Below, in pieces: positions 10,642 to 23,300 of a DNA stretch of 64,000 nucleotides. Every line of letters begins with the position of its first letter. The stretch's first letter is position 1. The position numbers and the translations under genes were made by a program. The DNA comes from Cyanophora paradoxa CCMP329 (Eukaryota > Plantae > Glaucophyta): contig QPMI01000078.1 of NCBI GenBank assembly GCA_004431415.1, positions 124,001 through 188,000 of the forward strand. The letters run 5' to 3'. Below the pieces are notes generated by a model. That model saw only the letters and a program-made list of their open reading frames with translations, was not told where the DNA came from and searched no databases.

Positions 10642-13600
10642 ATGAGTCCGCTAGGCACTGTAAAGTTCGCTAACCCTCTGAGGGCGCCCGTGACCGCCGC
10701 ACGGACCCTCGGAGTGCTAGGCAAATTTGAAATTCCCCTGATCTCCCGCCAAATCCCGATAGCGAGTGGTACGGTCCACTCGCCGAAGTGCCTATCCGGC
10801 TTATGCCGTCAGTCCGATTACGGCTTATGCTGTCATGTTGCTACTGGGAACTTGGCGGCCCACGTGACTCCTCGGACCAATTGTGGTCCCTTTGTTTCTG
10901 CCTCTTGCATGTCCCTATGCCTAGGACCAAGCCCGTATGATCAGACTGCGCCTCGCGCGGGACTGACTCTCTTGCCTCCCGCGCAGCGCAACAAAGGAGA
11001 CAGTTCACGACCGAGCGCAAGCGCGGACAAAAGTGCACCGCAGCACGACGCCCAGGGCGATACTGTCTTCACCGACGCCCAATACGGCAGCAATGCCGGC
11101 TTCATAGACGGCTCCATCCGCAAGCGCGTCATGGAGGAAGTTGAAGAAGACCCCGAACTTCGCGAGTTTCTGGGCAGCGACGCCAACGCAACGAAGACGC
11201 CGCGGACGATCCTGAGCAACCTCTCAACACTGGGGAAGGAGATCGTCGAGCAGGCGGCCGCGGTCCTCGTACTGCCGCCCCCGGAACACATGATAGGAGC
11301 CCAGCCTGTCCGGCCGCCTCTGGAGCTCGTCCTCTTCGCAGTCGCGCGCCATGCGAAGGTGAGAACCGCACTACTGCATATTCAGCCGCAGCTGCTTACT
11401 GCAGACCTGTCGCAGTTCCGCGTATTCGGAGGCCTTAGCGCAGACGACCTGGCGGCGGAGAGACTCTACTCAGTGACAAGTGCGATGTGGAACCACTTCA
11501 ACCTAAACGAGTCCACACTGGCAGAATGGGACGCGCGCATCAGCCCTATAGCTGAGCGCAAGCTCAAGACAGCGGAGAAGAAGAAGAAAGAAAGTGAGCC
11601 CGCGAGACAGCGCTTGCACACTTCTCGCTCACTAATCGGCGTTACAGAACAGCCCGAGAACAGGGCCGGAGCCTCAGGAAACCAAGAGGAGGCCGACGCG
11701 GCCGACAGCGGTACGTCCCACACCCGGGCCCGCGCGCTGCCGAATCTGACCGCAATGGCAGACGTGGACGAGCTCACGAAAGGCCTCAACTCGCTCCCCC
11801 CGGTCCCACGCAAGCCCGACTCAGCGGGGCCGGAGGCCAGCGCGGCCCTGAAAGCCCTCATGCACGGTGCGCGGCGCACAGTGAGGTTATATGATACATG
11901 TACTCGCACATCTCATACCTTCGCAGGCAAAGCGGGCAACCCCGCGGCGCCGGCGTCCTCGCCGGACGCGCAAGCGAAGGCCCTGGCGACGCTCAGGAAC
12001 AAGCCCATGTCCGCGGTCACCTCCTCGTCGTACATGGCGGAGTTCTACATAGACGACGTTGAGGCCATGACGAAGAAGCACATGACGGACGCCGAGGCCA
12101 GCACCTGGCTGCAAGAGCTGTGTCGGGCGCGGGCGATCGGTTTCTTGGCTGACTCGGCCAAGACGAGCACCTTCGCGCATCACCGCACCGTGCAGATCGC
12201 CCTCAAGTCAAAGGACGACCAACTGAAGCTCTTCGGAGTGCCACGACGCGACCCATCCTTCGTCGTACCCCTCGGCACAGGCCTGCGGGTGGTGCACTTC
12301 CGCGAGCCCTTCCTTGATGGAGTCAGCCAGAAGAAACCGGGCTGCGTCCAACTCATCGACGTCCCGCTGGACATCTCGGCGTACGACGCGACTGAATGCG
12401 TGGAACGCCTCGTCGCCGCGGTACTAACGGCAACGCCCGGCCCAGGGCGCAGCAGATGCGCGTCGCATACGCTGAGGACAGTCGGGCATTCGCCTGCGCA
12501 GGCACTCGAAACGCTGGGGCTCCTGGAAGCCGCTCTCCACGTCAACCCGGTACTGGTACACGAGCGGCACTGCTCGTACATGCCAAAGAAGAGCAATCTG
12601 GCTCAAGGCAACACCTATTGCGTGCGCTCTCCCCGCGCTGAACCGGGCGCAAGCGGCCAACCTGACTGGGCGCCGTGGCAGATGTGCTGCACCGTGCCCC
12701 ACGTCGGCGACCTTGTCAAGAACCTCACGGCGGCCCCTTTCAGCTGGCCGGAACAGCGGTCGATCGCGCGCATCATCGCGGGCGTGGACGCGCCTCCGAA
12801 ACTGACACACGAGAACGCCTTCACGATCCTTCACGTGGAGCCGAACTTCCCCCTCACCCGCGACCGCCTGCCGGAGCCCTCGGTGGACGAGGAGCCCGAC
12901 AACTGGGATCTCCTCCACGCTATCGGCGCGGTACGCCCGCGTGCCACGGCGCCAACGCTAACGCGACAGCCTGCGCACGGCGGAACCGTCTCTGACATGC
13001 AGGCAGGATCGCATAGTTTGGATGTGCTCGGCCAAGCGGGGCATGGAGCGCATCAATGAGAACGCGGTGAAGCGGGCCAAGGCGGCCGGCGCGCCCGATC
13101 CCATGTTCTGCTCGACGCAGTGGCTCCGTCACAACTGCTTCCATGTGGTGCTCAAGGCGGGGAGCGCGGCGGGGACCCTCAAGGACCTGCTCGGCGGAGC
13201 CTGGACCACGAACCCGGCTCCAGCGACGCCGGCGACGCCGGCCGCGGCGGTGACGCGGGAGAGCGCCTATCAGCCGCTTCTCGGCTCCATGGCCGCAGTC
13301 CCTTTCGAGGTACGCAGCGCTGGGCTCACTGGGGGCCGCACCGACCGACACTGACCACCGGCGCCTTGCACAGAGCCTCTTCCCGTGCCCCAAATGCTCC
13401 GAGCCGGACGACCTCGCTCGAGGCGCGGCGAGCTACTTCGCGAAGCGAGGCCTCTCGCTGCTTCACACCATCCCCGCCACCAATGGTACGCGCGGCCTGC
13501 TGTGCAGCAGCCAGCGCTGCACGCAGCGCGAGGAGCGGGACAAGCGCGTTGCGAAAGACTACAAACGCAATGCTGCAGCACGCGAGGATGCGGATCCGGA

Positions 13601-13886
13601 AGCAGCACAGCCGCAGCGAAACGCGGAGTGGGCGGCACGCAAGCAGGACCAGGCCCAGCGGGCCGCCCAGAAGCGGCAGGCAGCAGACGCGGCCGCCCTG
13701 CAGCAGGCGGCGAACTGGGCACAGCTCGCCAGCTCCCTGGGCGTGCATGTGCGCGCCCTCTCGGCCCCACCCCCACCTTACCAGGCGGCCCTACCGCCCC
13801 AAGGTCCCCACCCGTACGCCCAGGCAGTCATGGCCATGGGGCCGGCAGAGGCCCCTGTGTGGGCCAAGAAGCGCAGAAGTCACTAG
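10642..13886 (+). CDS. LINE ORF1 (~1080 aa when read through two apparent +1 frameshifts near 12962-13059 and ~13335)
   Basis: 805-aa intronless ORF, then protein-like continuations in frame 2 (13022-13354) and frame 3 (...LFPCPKCSEP...LLCSSQRC...WAKKRRSH, TAG 13884-13886), ending ~100 bp before ORF2. The start codon is uncertain. Confidence 0.65.
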
Positions 13887-13988
13887 AAAGGTAGCCGGCA
13901 GATGGTGTAAAGATAACAAGGGCAGTGCACGCCCCGTTCACACAAAGCAATCGCGCCGAACCCGGGCCCCGCAAACAGATATCATAAA

Positions 13989-14455
13989 ATGATGAACAAA
14001 AGGAAAAGAAATGAAAGCAAGATAGAAAAGCAGAAGCCGCGCCCAAGGGCGCGAGCTGGGCCCTCGCGGAGCGTGCTACCCCTATCCCTCAGACTCCGGG
14101 ACATCTTCCCCCCCGACAATTTTCCCGAGGGGGGGAACACCATCGGGGCGGCGCCAACAATCGAGAAAAAGAAACCAGAAGGAACTCTTCGGGCCATGAC
14201 ATTTAACACGCGGGGCTCCAGTGAATCCAAGCTGCAGCAGACTGAAGACTTCTGCCGGCGGTGGGGGGTAGATTTTGCAGGACTGCAAGAGATCTCTATG
14301 TCGAAAGGAGACATCGCGGCCGCGCTCCGCTCGCCTGGCATGGGCGATCTGCCTGAGGGCGCCATCACTTATGGAAAGCTCCTGAGCACGACGAAATCAG
14401 CCCGGTGGCACGGCAGCGGAGCCGCCCTCTGGGTGGCGCCGCAATGGGTGAAGCA
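13989..14455 (+). CDS. LINE ORF2 5' segment: N-terminal part of the AP endonuclease, interrupted by the nested element
   Basis: APE motifs TLRAMTFNTRG, VDFAGLQE and GSGAALWV; ends in QWVK at the TSD and is in frame with the 17364 segment. Confidence 0.9.
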
Positions 14456-17363
14456 AAATCTCTTGCATTAGCACACAACACAACTACAATGAGTTTCACA
14501 TCGCCCAATAAATCTCTCCGACTAGATACTATCGAGGACCGTCGTATGCTGTGCTTTAGAAAGTACAAAATGAACGAAAGGTTTGAAGGTTTCGTGTCTA
14601 GATATCTAGCTAAGGAGGTTTCTAACTAATACTAATGATGTGGAAGCTAGCTGTATCGATTTCTAAACCAACCTAAACTCCCGGCTACGAGGTCCTATCT
14701 CTACAAAAGACTCCCAATCATGGTATGTCCGCCGCCAGCGCTGCCCAAGGCCTCGCCGCGCCGTGTGCCAGGCTCCTCGCCAGCCCCAGTAGATTGGGCT
14801 ACTGGCCGCCTCCTGCCGTCGCCTCCGCCGCCTCCATTTGTTGGTGTTGCGTCCTCCGGCCCCGCCCCCAGACCGCAATCCCCCAGTGTCTCCCTCTAGC
14901 GCGGGCGCGCCCTCTGTGTGCCCACGCCCCAAGCATACCTGTTCGTATGGTCGTATACTTGCATGGCCGCTGAAGCCCGGACCCAGCCGTAGTCGTCTGG
15001 CGGGCAGCTCAGGTGTGTGAGGGCTAGGGTTTCCCCGCCTTGGTGGCGGGACTCGAGGGCACCGCACTCCCTGCAGCGTTCCCGCTGCCGGGGCTCCGGA
15101 TCCGCGCGCTTCCTGCGAGCGTTGCCAGCCGTATCGTCAGGCGGCGCGTCGGCCTCGCGCCCGCGCGCCTCAGTGCGCTTCGCCTTGGCGCGACGTTCTT
15201 TCATGACCTTCGTGATCCCGCACGCCTTCTCCCACTCCGCGTACGCCTGGCATCTGGCGGCCCACGTTTTATGGGCCTGCTCGCCTATGGCCGTCGTCAG
15301 CTTGCGCACGACCTGGGCAGCTTTCTTGGCGTCCGTGACGGTCTCGCGAATCATATCGGTGAGGCCCGCCGGGGGCAGCCCCGTAGCACGCACATCTGCG
15401 CCTGCCGTTCAGCTGCCGTGAGCGTCGGGTCGTTTACTCTCGTGACCTTCAGGGAGCTGGAGAGCGCGTGTGGCACTGACCGCTTCTGCGCGCCTTCGAG
15501 GGCCTCGCTGACCGTCGCTGCGATGCGTGCTTCCGCAGCGGTGCGCGCCTCCGTCGCCACCGCGCTGGGGCAGGTGAGGACGTGCTCCAGCGTCTCCTCG
15601 GGCCCAGTCACAAGCTGGGGCCGGCCGTCGCCATCGATTTCCCGTGTGCTGCAGAGCGCACAGAGTCCTGCCGGGTTCACTTCGCTGTAGAGCTCGGGCG
15701 CGTCTCGCTTGCGGACGAGGGCCGTCGCCACCGTACCCAAAACGAGTTTCATGTGCGTACCCGGAAGCAGTTGCTCTCTCGGCTCACTCCGACTCGGCGG
15801 GGCCCCATAGCCATCTGATCGTATACTGCGCCGTGATCCACTGGCAGCCGTAGCCACTCCCCGGCCTTGAGCTGGTTCGCCCACGCGAAGTGCGTGTGGT
15901 GCGCGTGAAGCACAGCGGCGTGCCGCCGAGGGTCGCCTTCGACTCGCCTGACTATCCCGGTCGGTCCCTCGATCGTCAGCACTGCCGGCATGCTGAACTC
16001 GGGCGGCAGGAAGATGTTCTCGTCCAGTTCCTCCTGTTCCAGGTGCGCGCCTTGATCGGCCGCTCTGTCGGCGGCGTCGTTTAGCTCGTGCATATCCTCG
16101 TCGCTGTGCGCCTTGACCTTGATAACCGCAGCCGGCCGCTGCCGATCCCGTCCCATCACCAGGGCGCGGAACTTGGACCACGCGTACAGCTCAGCGCTGC
16201 ACGTGTTCCGGATGTAGTCTCGCATGTGCATATCGTGCGCATTCAGCACGAACTTATCGAACCACGTGCAGACGTTCTGACTGTCCGTGTGCAGGCGCAC
16301 CCCCTGCGCCGCGAGCACGTCGGCGACGATCGCAGCCTGGAGCTCAGCCTTGTTGTTCTCTTGAAGCCCGCGCAGCCTGCCAACGTACGTGCCTGCCCAT
16401 TCCGGGTGGTTCGCCACGGTCCCGTCCGGGAACTCAGCCGGGCTCACGACGCCGAGGCCCGCGTGCGCCCCTTCCGTTTGACCCTTCTTCAGGCTCCCGT
16501 CCGTCCATATCCACTGCTCGAGTTTCCCCGGGCGACGGCCGAGCTTCGCGAGTTCCGCCTCTTCGATCTGCTCCCAATTTGCCAGCATGTGCTGCCAGTA
16601 AACGGTGAGGGTGACCCCTTCCTGCGCCGCCCGGGAGTCCAGTGGCGCGGCGCTCCGCCCGCGTAGTAGAGTTCGCTCTGCTCTGCTGAATCTGACACAG
16701 GTTGTGCCTCGTCCCGCGGCTCGGCGCCCGGCGTCGCCGCCGCAGCCACTTCCAGCGCGGCCTGCAGCTCAGCCTCGGCCTCCGGGCTCAGCTGTTCGCG
16801 GAGGAAGCGCTCGTCACCATCCTGTACGGCTTTCACGCGGGCCTGGAGAAGCAGCGCCCTGCGTTTCTCGTCGTCTTGCGTGCGCAGGCCCGGGTCGTAG
16901 TACTCCAAGGTCGGTCGCAGGGCGACCTGCTTGCGCCCGCGCTTCGACTTCGTCTCCTGACCCGCCGCTACCGCCGGCGTCTCCTCCGTCGGTTCGCCTT
17001 CCAAGGCGAGGAGGGTATCCTCCTCCTCCCACCAGCCCTTCCCGTGCGTCCACGAGCCGTCGCACTGACTCATTTCGGGGCAGCGCGATGGAGCATTGCG
17101 CGTGCACCGGTCGTCATGGTGCCAGTACTGCTTCCCTGTCCCCTGCACCGCCGTGTACGTGCTCGTCCGCCCCTCTATTTCGGGGTGCCGGCAGTGACCG
17201 TCGCACCGGCAGTAGAGTCCCTCTTTCTCCGCGTCGGGGTCCGCGCCCTTTGGCACCGGCACCCAGTGCTCCAGCAGGTACTCCGACGCTAATATGCTGC
17301 CCGTCTCGGATTTGAACGTAACGACTCGCCCCACGTGGGGCTCGGCAGATTCATCGTGCAGTT
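14456..17363 (-). mobile_element. 5'-truncated, inverted non-LTR retrotransposon of a related subfamily (Cys-rich domain, RNase H, zinc finger, 3' UTR)
   Basis: Exact 14-bp TSD CAATGGGTGAAGCA at 14442-14455 and 17364-17377. Translation is colinear with host ORF2 from ~21195 on (IWTDGSL, NNKAELQA, LHTDSQ, VKAHS, CALC..ETLEHVLTC, ...YAWGVGT); stop at 14896-14898. Confidence 0.93.
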
Positions 17364-20300
17364 CAATGGGTGAAGCACCTAACGAAGAAGTACGAGGTGC
17401 CGGGCCGGATGATCGGGTTCGAGCTCCGGTTCAAAGAGAACCGCCAGCTGTTCGTCGTAAGCATCTACATGCCCGCGTCGGAAGCGACAGACGAACACCG
17501 GCGGGACCAAGACAGAATCCTGCAGGAACTTGAGAAACTGATCGCTGATTTCAGCACGCGACCGAACGCGCACCTGCTGCTGCTAGGAGACTGGAACTCG
17601 GTGGCGGTCCCGGAACTGTCCCGCGTCCGAAACGGGGCCCCCGTTCCCAGCCGAACGCCAGAACGGAAGTGGTGGAACACGATGATCGACACGTGGGACC
17701 TGCGCGATGCGGCGATCACGCACTCTGCCGCGCACGACAGCGGCGAATGGGGTGCGGCGCGGGAAGTGACGCACAGGACGCACCTTCCAAGAAGCGGAGA
17801 CGATACCGGCGCTAGCGGCTCACAAGACGGCGACGCCGCTCCGGCCGACCTGCCGCAGGACGCCGTCTGGCACGCGGCACGCATCGACGCGGTCCTGGTG
17901 TCAGAGTCACTCGACAAGGCGCTCCTGAGCGCGCACACCTGCCCGGCACACGTCGATGCGCCTCACGACTCGGATCACTTCCCGGTGCTCGCGGACTTCT
18001 CGCTGGAGGCCGCGGGCCTGAAGGCTCCGACGGGACCGATGCAGACTCCAACACCGGGACCGCCGGTCTTCGATCTGGACTCCCGCAAGCTGACGGACGA
18101 GGAGAAAGATGAGTTGAAAAGAGACCTCAACAAACGCATCGGCGAAGTGCTGGGCCCGGACCTAGAGGCGGTCGGGAGCGGCACCCGGGAAGAGCGCCTC
18201 GAGCGCCTCGCCCGCATCCACACTGAAAGCGCGCGGCTAGTTCAGAAAGTGGCGAAGGACCACAAAGCCATGAAGAGCAGGGGCTCACACCCGACCAAGC
18301 CGCGCAATCTGCCATGGCAGGCGAAAGCGGACTCCAAGCTTGGACGGATCTGGGCCGCATGGATGCAGGAACCGAGCGGAATCCCGACGCTAAGAACGAT
18401 CGACAAGATAGAGAAGCTCCAGAAGTTCGTAGCAAGACAGGAGGGCGCGCGGCCCCTCCCGCTGCGGCCTACGGAACGGAGGCAAGCGGCAGCTAACTCG
18501 TTGGACCAGCGCCCGGACCCCACTGTACCCCCCCAGCCCTTCGACGCACGCGACGGGCATACGAAGCGCGCGCAACTGAAAGAAGACTGGGCATCTTTCT
18601 TCAGGGAACTGAAAACCTGGCGGAACCGCACCAGGCACGACCTGCAGAAACTGCGGCGGCAAGACAAAGCAGCAGACATTTCCAGGGCCGTAAAGAACCG
18701 GCTAGACGACTTCATGGACGGCCGCCGCCTGGGGGCATACATAGCCTCTGTGCTCGAGAAGCCTAAGAGCCGGCCGATAATGCACATCACCCGCCGCTCG
18801 CAAGACGGAAAGACATACGAGATCTATACGGAACCGGCAGAAGTGAAGCGGCTCCTACGCGAACATTGGAAAACCTGGTGCCAAAGACGGCGACCCCGAG
18901 TGGGCTGTACTGTCGGGGAGGTGCCGGATAGCGAGCTGAAAACAAAAAGCGGAAAGCGCCTGCTTGACTTCTGGCAGAAAGAGTACAAGCCGCGCGGGAA
19001 CCCGGCCCTCTTCGAGAACGATATGGCTGTGCCATCCGAAACCGAGCTAGGGGACTACATCAAAACGCTAGGCAACACGGCAGCGGGGCCTTCCAACCTC
19101 TCCTACGCTATGGCAAAGTTCCTGTGGGCAAAGATCCCCAAGAAAAAGAAGGAGAGGACCCCCTCGGGAGACCAGGGCCGAGCCGGCGCCCCGCAGGCGG
19201 CGGAGGAGGAGGAAGAAGAGGAGCCGGAGCCCTGGGGCCGGAGGCTACTGCACTCGATGGTAGCGGAAACGATCCGTCTCAGAGACTTGCCAGACTCGGT
19301 CTGCCAAGGCAACGTCTTCGGAATCCCTAAGAACGGAGAGTGGGACGGGGATATTGATAATAACCTGCGGCCAATTACACTCCAAGAGGTAGCCCTGAAG
19401 CTCACCACGGGCCTCCTCAACGAGCGCCTGTCCCGGACAATCCATCAGAACGGGCTGCTGAAGGGTGCGAACTACGGGTTCAGACCTGGATGCTCCACGG
19501 ACGACGCCCTACACGTCTTCAACGCTATGCTCGAGGACGCAAAGCAGTTCAAGAAGCCCATCTACGTCCTGCTGCAGGATATCAGGCGCGCGTACGACTC
19601 GGTATCGTGGGAGAGCATGGAGCTCTCGATGCGGAGGCTGTGCATACCGGAAGGGTACATCGAACTCCACAGGAACATCTTCCGCCGGCGCCGAGCCAGG
19701 GCGATCTCGGGGCACGGCCTCTCCGACGAATTCGAGCTTGAGTGCGGACTCCCGCAGGGCGGCGTCGAATCGCCGCTGCACTGGCTGATCTTCTACGACA
19801 CGCTCCTCTGCGCACAAGAGAGGATGGACGAAATCGAGCGTCAGGACAGCCGGGCTAGCTCGGTGGCAGGCTGGCTGCAGTCGGGGACGGGTACGGCTTA
19901 CGTGATGGGGGACCCCAAAGAGAAGAGCCAGACCGAGCTCGGTCGGCGAGCACGGGTCTGCGGGCTGGCGTACGCGGACGATACGAAGTGGGCGAGCAGC
20001 AGCCTGGCGGGGCTGCAAATCATGGCTGACGTGGCAGGCGAGTTCTTCCGCCTGCACGATATCGAAGTCAATGCAAAGAAAACGATCTTCACGTGGAACA
20101 ACGCGCCCCGCGAGTTTGAGAGCGTCGCGGGAACGCACCCCGCTGCGAAGAAGAAGGAGAAGAAACCGGCACCGCCGCGCATAAACGGTACCCCCGTCGG
20201 GGTGGTCCTTGAGCCCCACGAACACTTCAAGCTCCTCGGAGTGTACATGAGCGCGAACCTCAACTGGGGGCGGCAGTGGCAGTACGTACGCGATCAGGCA

Positions 20301-23300
20301 CGCAACGCCGTGAAGACGATTGAACGCAAAAAGCTCACCGCAAACGAGGCATGCTACCTGGTGCAAGCCGTGGTGCAGGCACGTATCGCTTACGGCCTGA
20401 AGCTAATGACGATGGACGATCAGCAGTGCAAAGAGCTGGATAGGATATGGATGCGGGTAGTGAAGCACCATGCGCACCTCGCCTCATCGACGACGAACTA
20501 CGTGATCTGGAGTCACGGGGGGTACAGCCTCAAGCGCACCGAGCACCTGCAGGCGGAGGTTCAGATCGCGGAAGCGCAAATCCGCCTGTGCGCACCGGAA
20601 GACTCGTTGCTGGCCCGCGTCGTCCGTCACCGTGTGCGGGCCCTCCAGGAGAAGCTGGGGGTACCGTTGCTCCCGACTGAATTCCTGAACGCCCCCGTCT
20701 CGAGAGATGACGTTCGAACGAACTGCCTGGCGGCGCTAATGCCCCAGATGCAGCGGCGTCAGTACAGGCTGATGTCAAATCACGAGCGCTACGCCGCTTT
20801 CCGGCAAGTACCGGGGGCAGAGCCGTGGCCGGAGCCGGCACGGTTGGATAGGCGCTTCGTCCTGGCGTGGCACATCCCGCGCTCGATTTTCAGGGAAGCA
20901 GCGCCCAAGCTCTATGCTGCTGGGGTGGTCACGATGGATGCAGTGACGGCGGCGGACGGGGCCACCGTGCGAACCTGGCAGGACTTGTACATGAGGGCCC
21001 CCAGAGAGACGCTCCCGCGGGCTGAACCTGCGTGGTGGCGAGTGCTCAGGGAAGCCATCACGAGTGACGGAAAGCAGCTACAGTACCCCATGAGGAAGGC
21101 GGGCACGCGGCCCTCGCCGATGGCCGCCCTGGCAGCTGGGGCCCGGCAAGTAAGATGGGAGAAGGACTCCTTCGTAGCGGTGTTCGACACGGCAAACCTT
21201 CACGAGGATGAGGCGCTGCCCATGGTGGGACGGGTCGCGAACTGGCGCTCAGAGGCGGGCAGCATACGCGCGTACCAGTACCTCCTGCAGCACTGGGTGC
21301 CAGTACCTGACGCGGCCGACCCAAACGCCGAGGGCGCAGGCCTGTACTGCCGCTGCGACGGGCACTGTCAGAACACGGAACCCAAGAAACGCAAACGAAC
21401 GTACACGGCGATCCAGGGAACCGGAAAGAACTACTGGCACCGCGACGCGCGATGCGAACACGCCGATCCGAGCCAGTGTCCCGAGATGAGCCAATGCGAC
21501 GGACCCTGGGCGGAGGGTCAGGGCTGGTGGGAAGACGAGGATGCCCTCTTCGGACTGACCGGCGAGGTCCTCGAGGAACCTATCCACATCACCAGGCCGG
21601 ACACGGCTGGCGGCGGACAGACGACGGCGTCAACAAGAGGGCGCAAGCAGACCCACACGGGCCCGACCCTGGCGTACTTTGACCCCGGCCTGCTGGACGA
21701 ACGAAAGCGCCAGCAGCTGCTCCTCCTTGCCCGAGTGAAAGCCGTCCAAGACGGAGATGAGCGGTTCCTCCGCCGCGCCCTCCTCCCCGAGGCGGAAGCG
21801 GCGCTGCAAACAGCGCTCGAGACGGCGTCGGCGGCGGAGCCGAGGGCCGAACCGCTGGACGAGGCACCGCCCGTTTCAAACCCCCGCGAACTGAGAGATC
21901 TGTATCAGGCGAGCTTCGGGCCTGAGACGTGGAGCGAACAGGACGGCCAGTACTGGCAGCACGCACTCGCGCTCTGGGAGACGATCGAGAAGTACGAGCT
22001 CGAGAAGCACGGCAACGCGCATCCGAGGTTACTGAACATATGGACGGATGGGAGCCTATTCAAGGGTCAGACGGAAGGCGCGCACGCGGGCTACGGCGTG
22101 GTGGTACCTGCGACCGCTGCGGACGGCGAGCGGCTGAACCCGGACGAGGCTGCGACCGAATGCCTCGGCCGGCTTCGAGGGCTTCAGGAGATCAATAAAG
22201 CTGAACTCCAAGCGGCGATCGTGGCAGACGTACTGGCGCCGAACGGGATGCGCCTGCACACGGACAGTCAGAACGTCTGCACGTGGTACCAGAAGTTCGT
22301 GCGGAACGCCCACCAGCAGCACGCGCGCGACTACGTCAGACACCCCTGCAACGCAGAACTGTATGCGTGGTCGCGCTTCCGAGCCCTGATGCAGCAACGA
22401 GAACACCGAAGAGCGGTGGCGCTCGTCAAGGTCAAGGCCCATAGCAAGAGGGAACCCCTCCACGAACTAAACGATGCGGCTGACAAGGCGGCCAAACGGG
22501 CGGCCAAGCTCGAGCCGCAGCCGCCAAACACGCTGACAGAGGACATCTTCCTCCCGCCCGCGTTCAGCATGCCGGCGGTGCTGACGATCCAAGGGCCAGA
22601 CAGGATAGTGCGGCGGGTCGAAGGAGATCCCCGGCGGCATGCTGCTGTGCTGCACGCGCACCACACGCACTTTGCCTGGGAGAACCAGCTGAACGCGGGG
22701 GAATGGCTGCGAGCGCCGGTGGACCACGGCGCAGTGTACGATCAGATGGCAATGGGACCCCGCCGCGTCGGTGTGAGCCAAGAAAGCAACTGCTTCAGGG
22801 GTACCCACGTGAAGCTCGTGCTGGGTACGGTGGCTACAGCGACGGTCCGCAAACGCGACGCGCCCGAGCTCTACAGTGAGATAAACCCCGGCGGGTTCTG
22901 CGCCCTCTGCAGCGTACGCCAGACCGATAGCGAGGGCCGGCCCCGGCTCGTTGCTGGCCCCGTGGAGACGCTCGAACACGTCCTCTCCTGCCCCAGCGCG
23001 CCAGCGGTAGCGGCACGCGCGGAAGCAGAAGCCAAAATAGCAGAGGTAGTCGCCAGCGAGCTACCGGAGGCGCTCAAGCGGACGGTACCGCACGCGCTTG
23101 CTACGTCTCTGAAGGTTACGCGCGTGGCTGACCTGACGCTCACACAGGCAGAGCGACAAACCCAGCTTTGGGTGCTGCGCGGGCTGCCACCGGCCGGCCT
23201 CACTGATCTGATCCGCGAGACCGTCGAGGACGAGGTCCAGGCGGGCAAGATCGCCCGCAAGCTAACGAAAGCGATCGGTGAACAGGCGCACAAAACCTGG

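Noticed and set aside
10449-14455. AATTGGTGAAGCA at the host 5' junction versus AATGGGTGAAGCA in the nested TSD; both TSDs contain CCATTG
   Set aside because: The shared words sit at different positions relative to the nick site, and two sites cannot establish target specificity.
14896-17334. Three frameshifts in the nested LINE suggesting it is older than its host
   Set aside because: Each is a single missing G in a G run (~16630, ~15762, ~15375), like those in EF-Ts and VPS11, so consensus errors are more likely.
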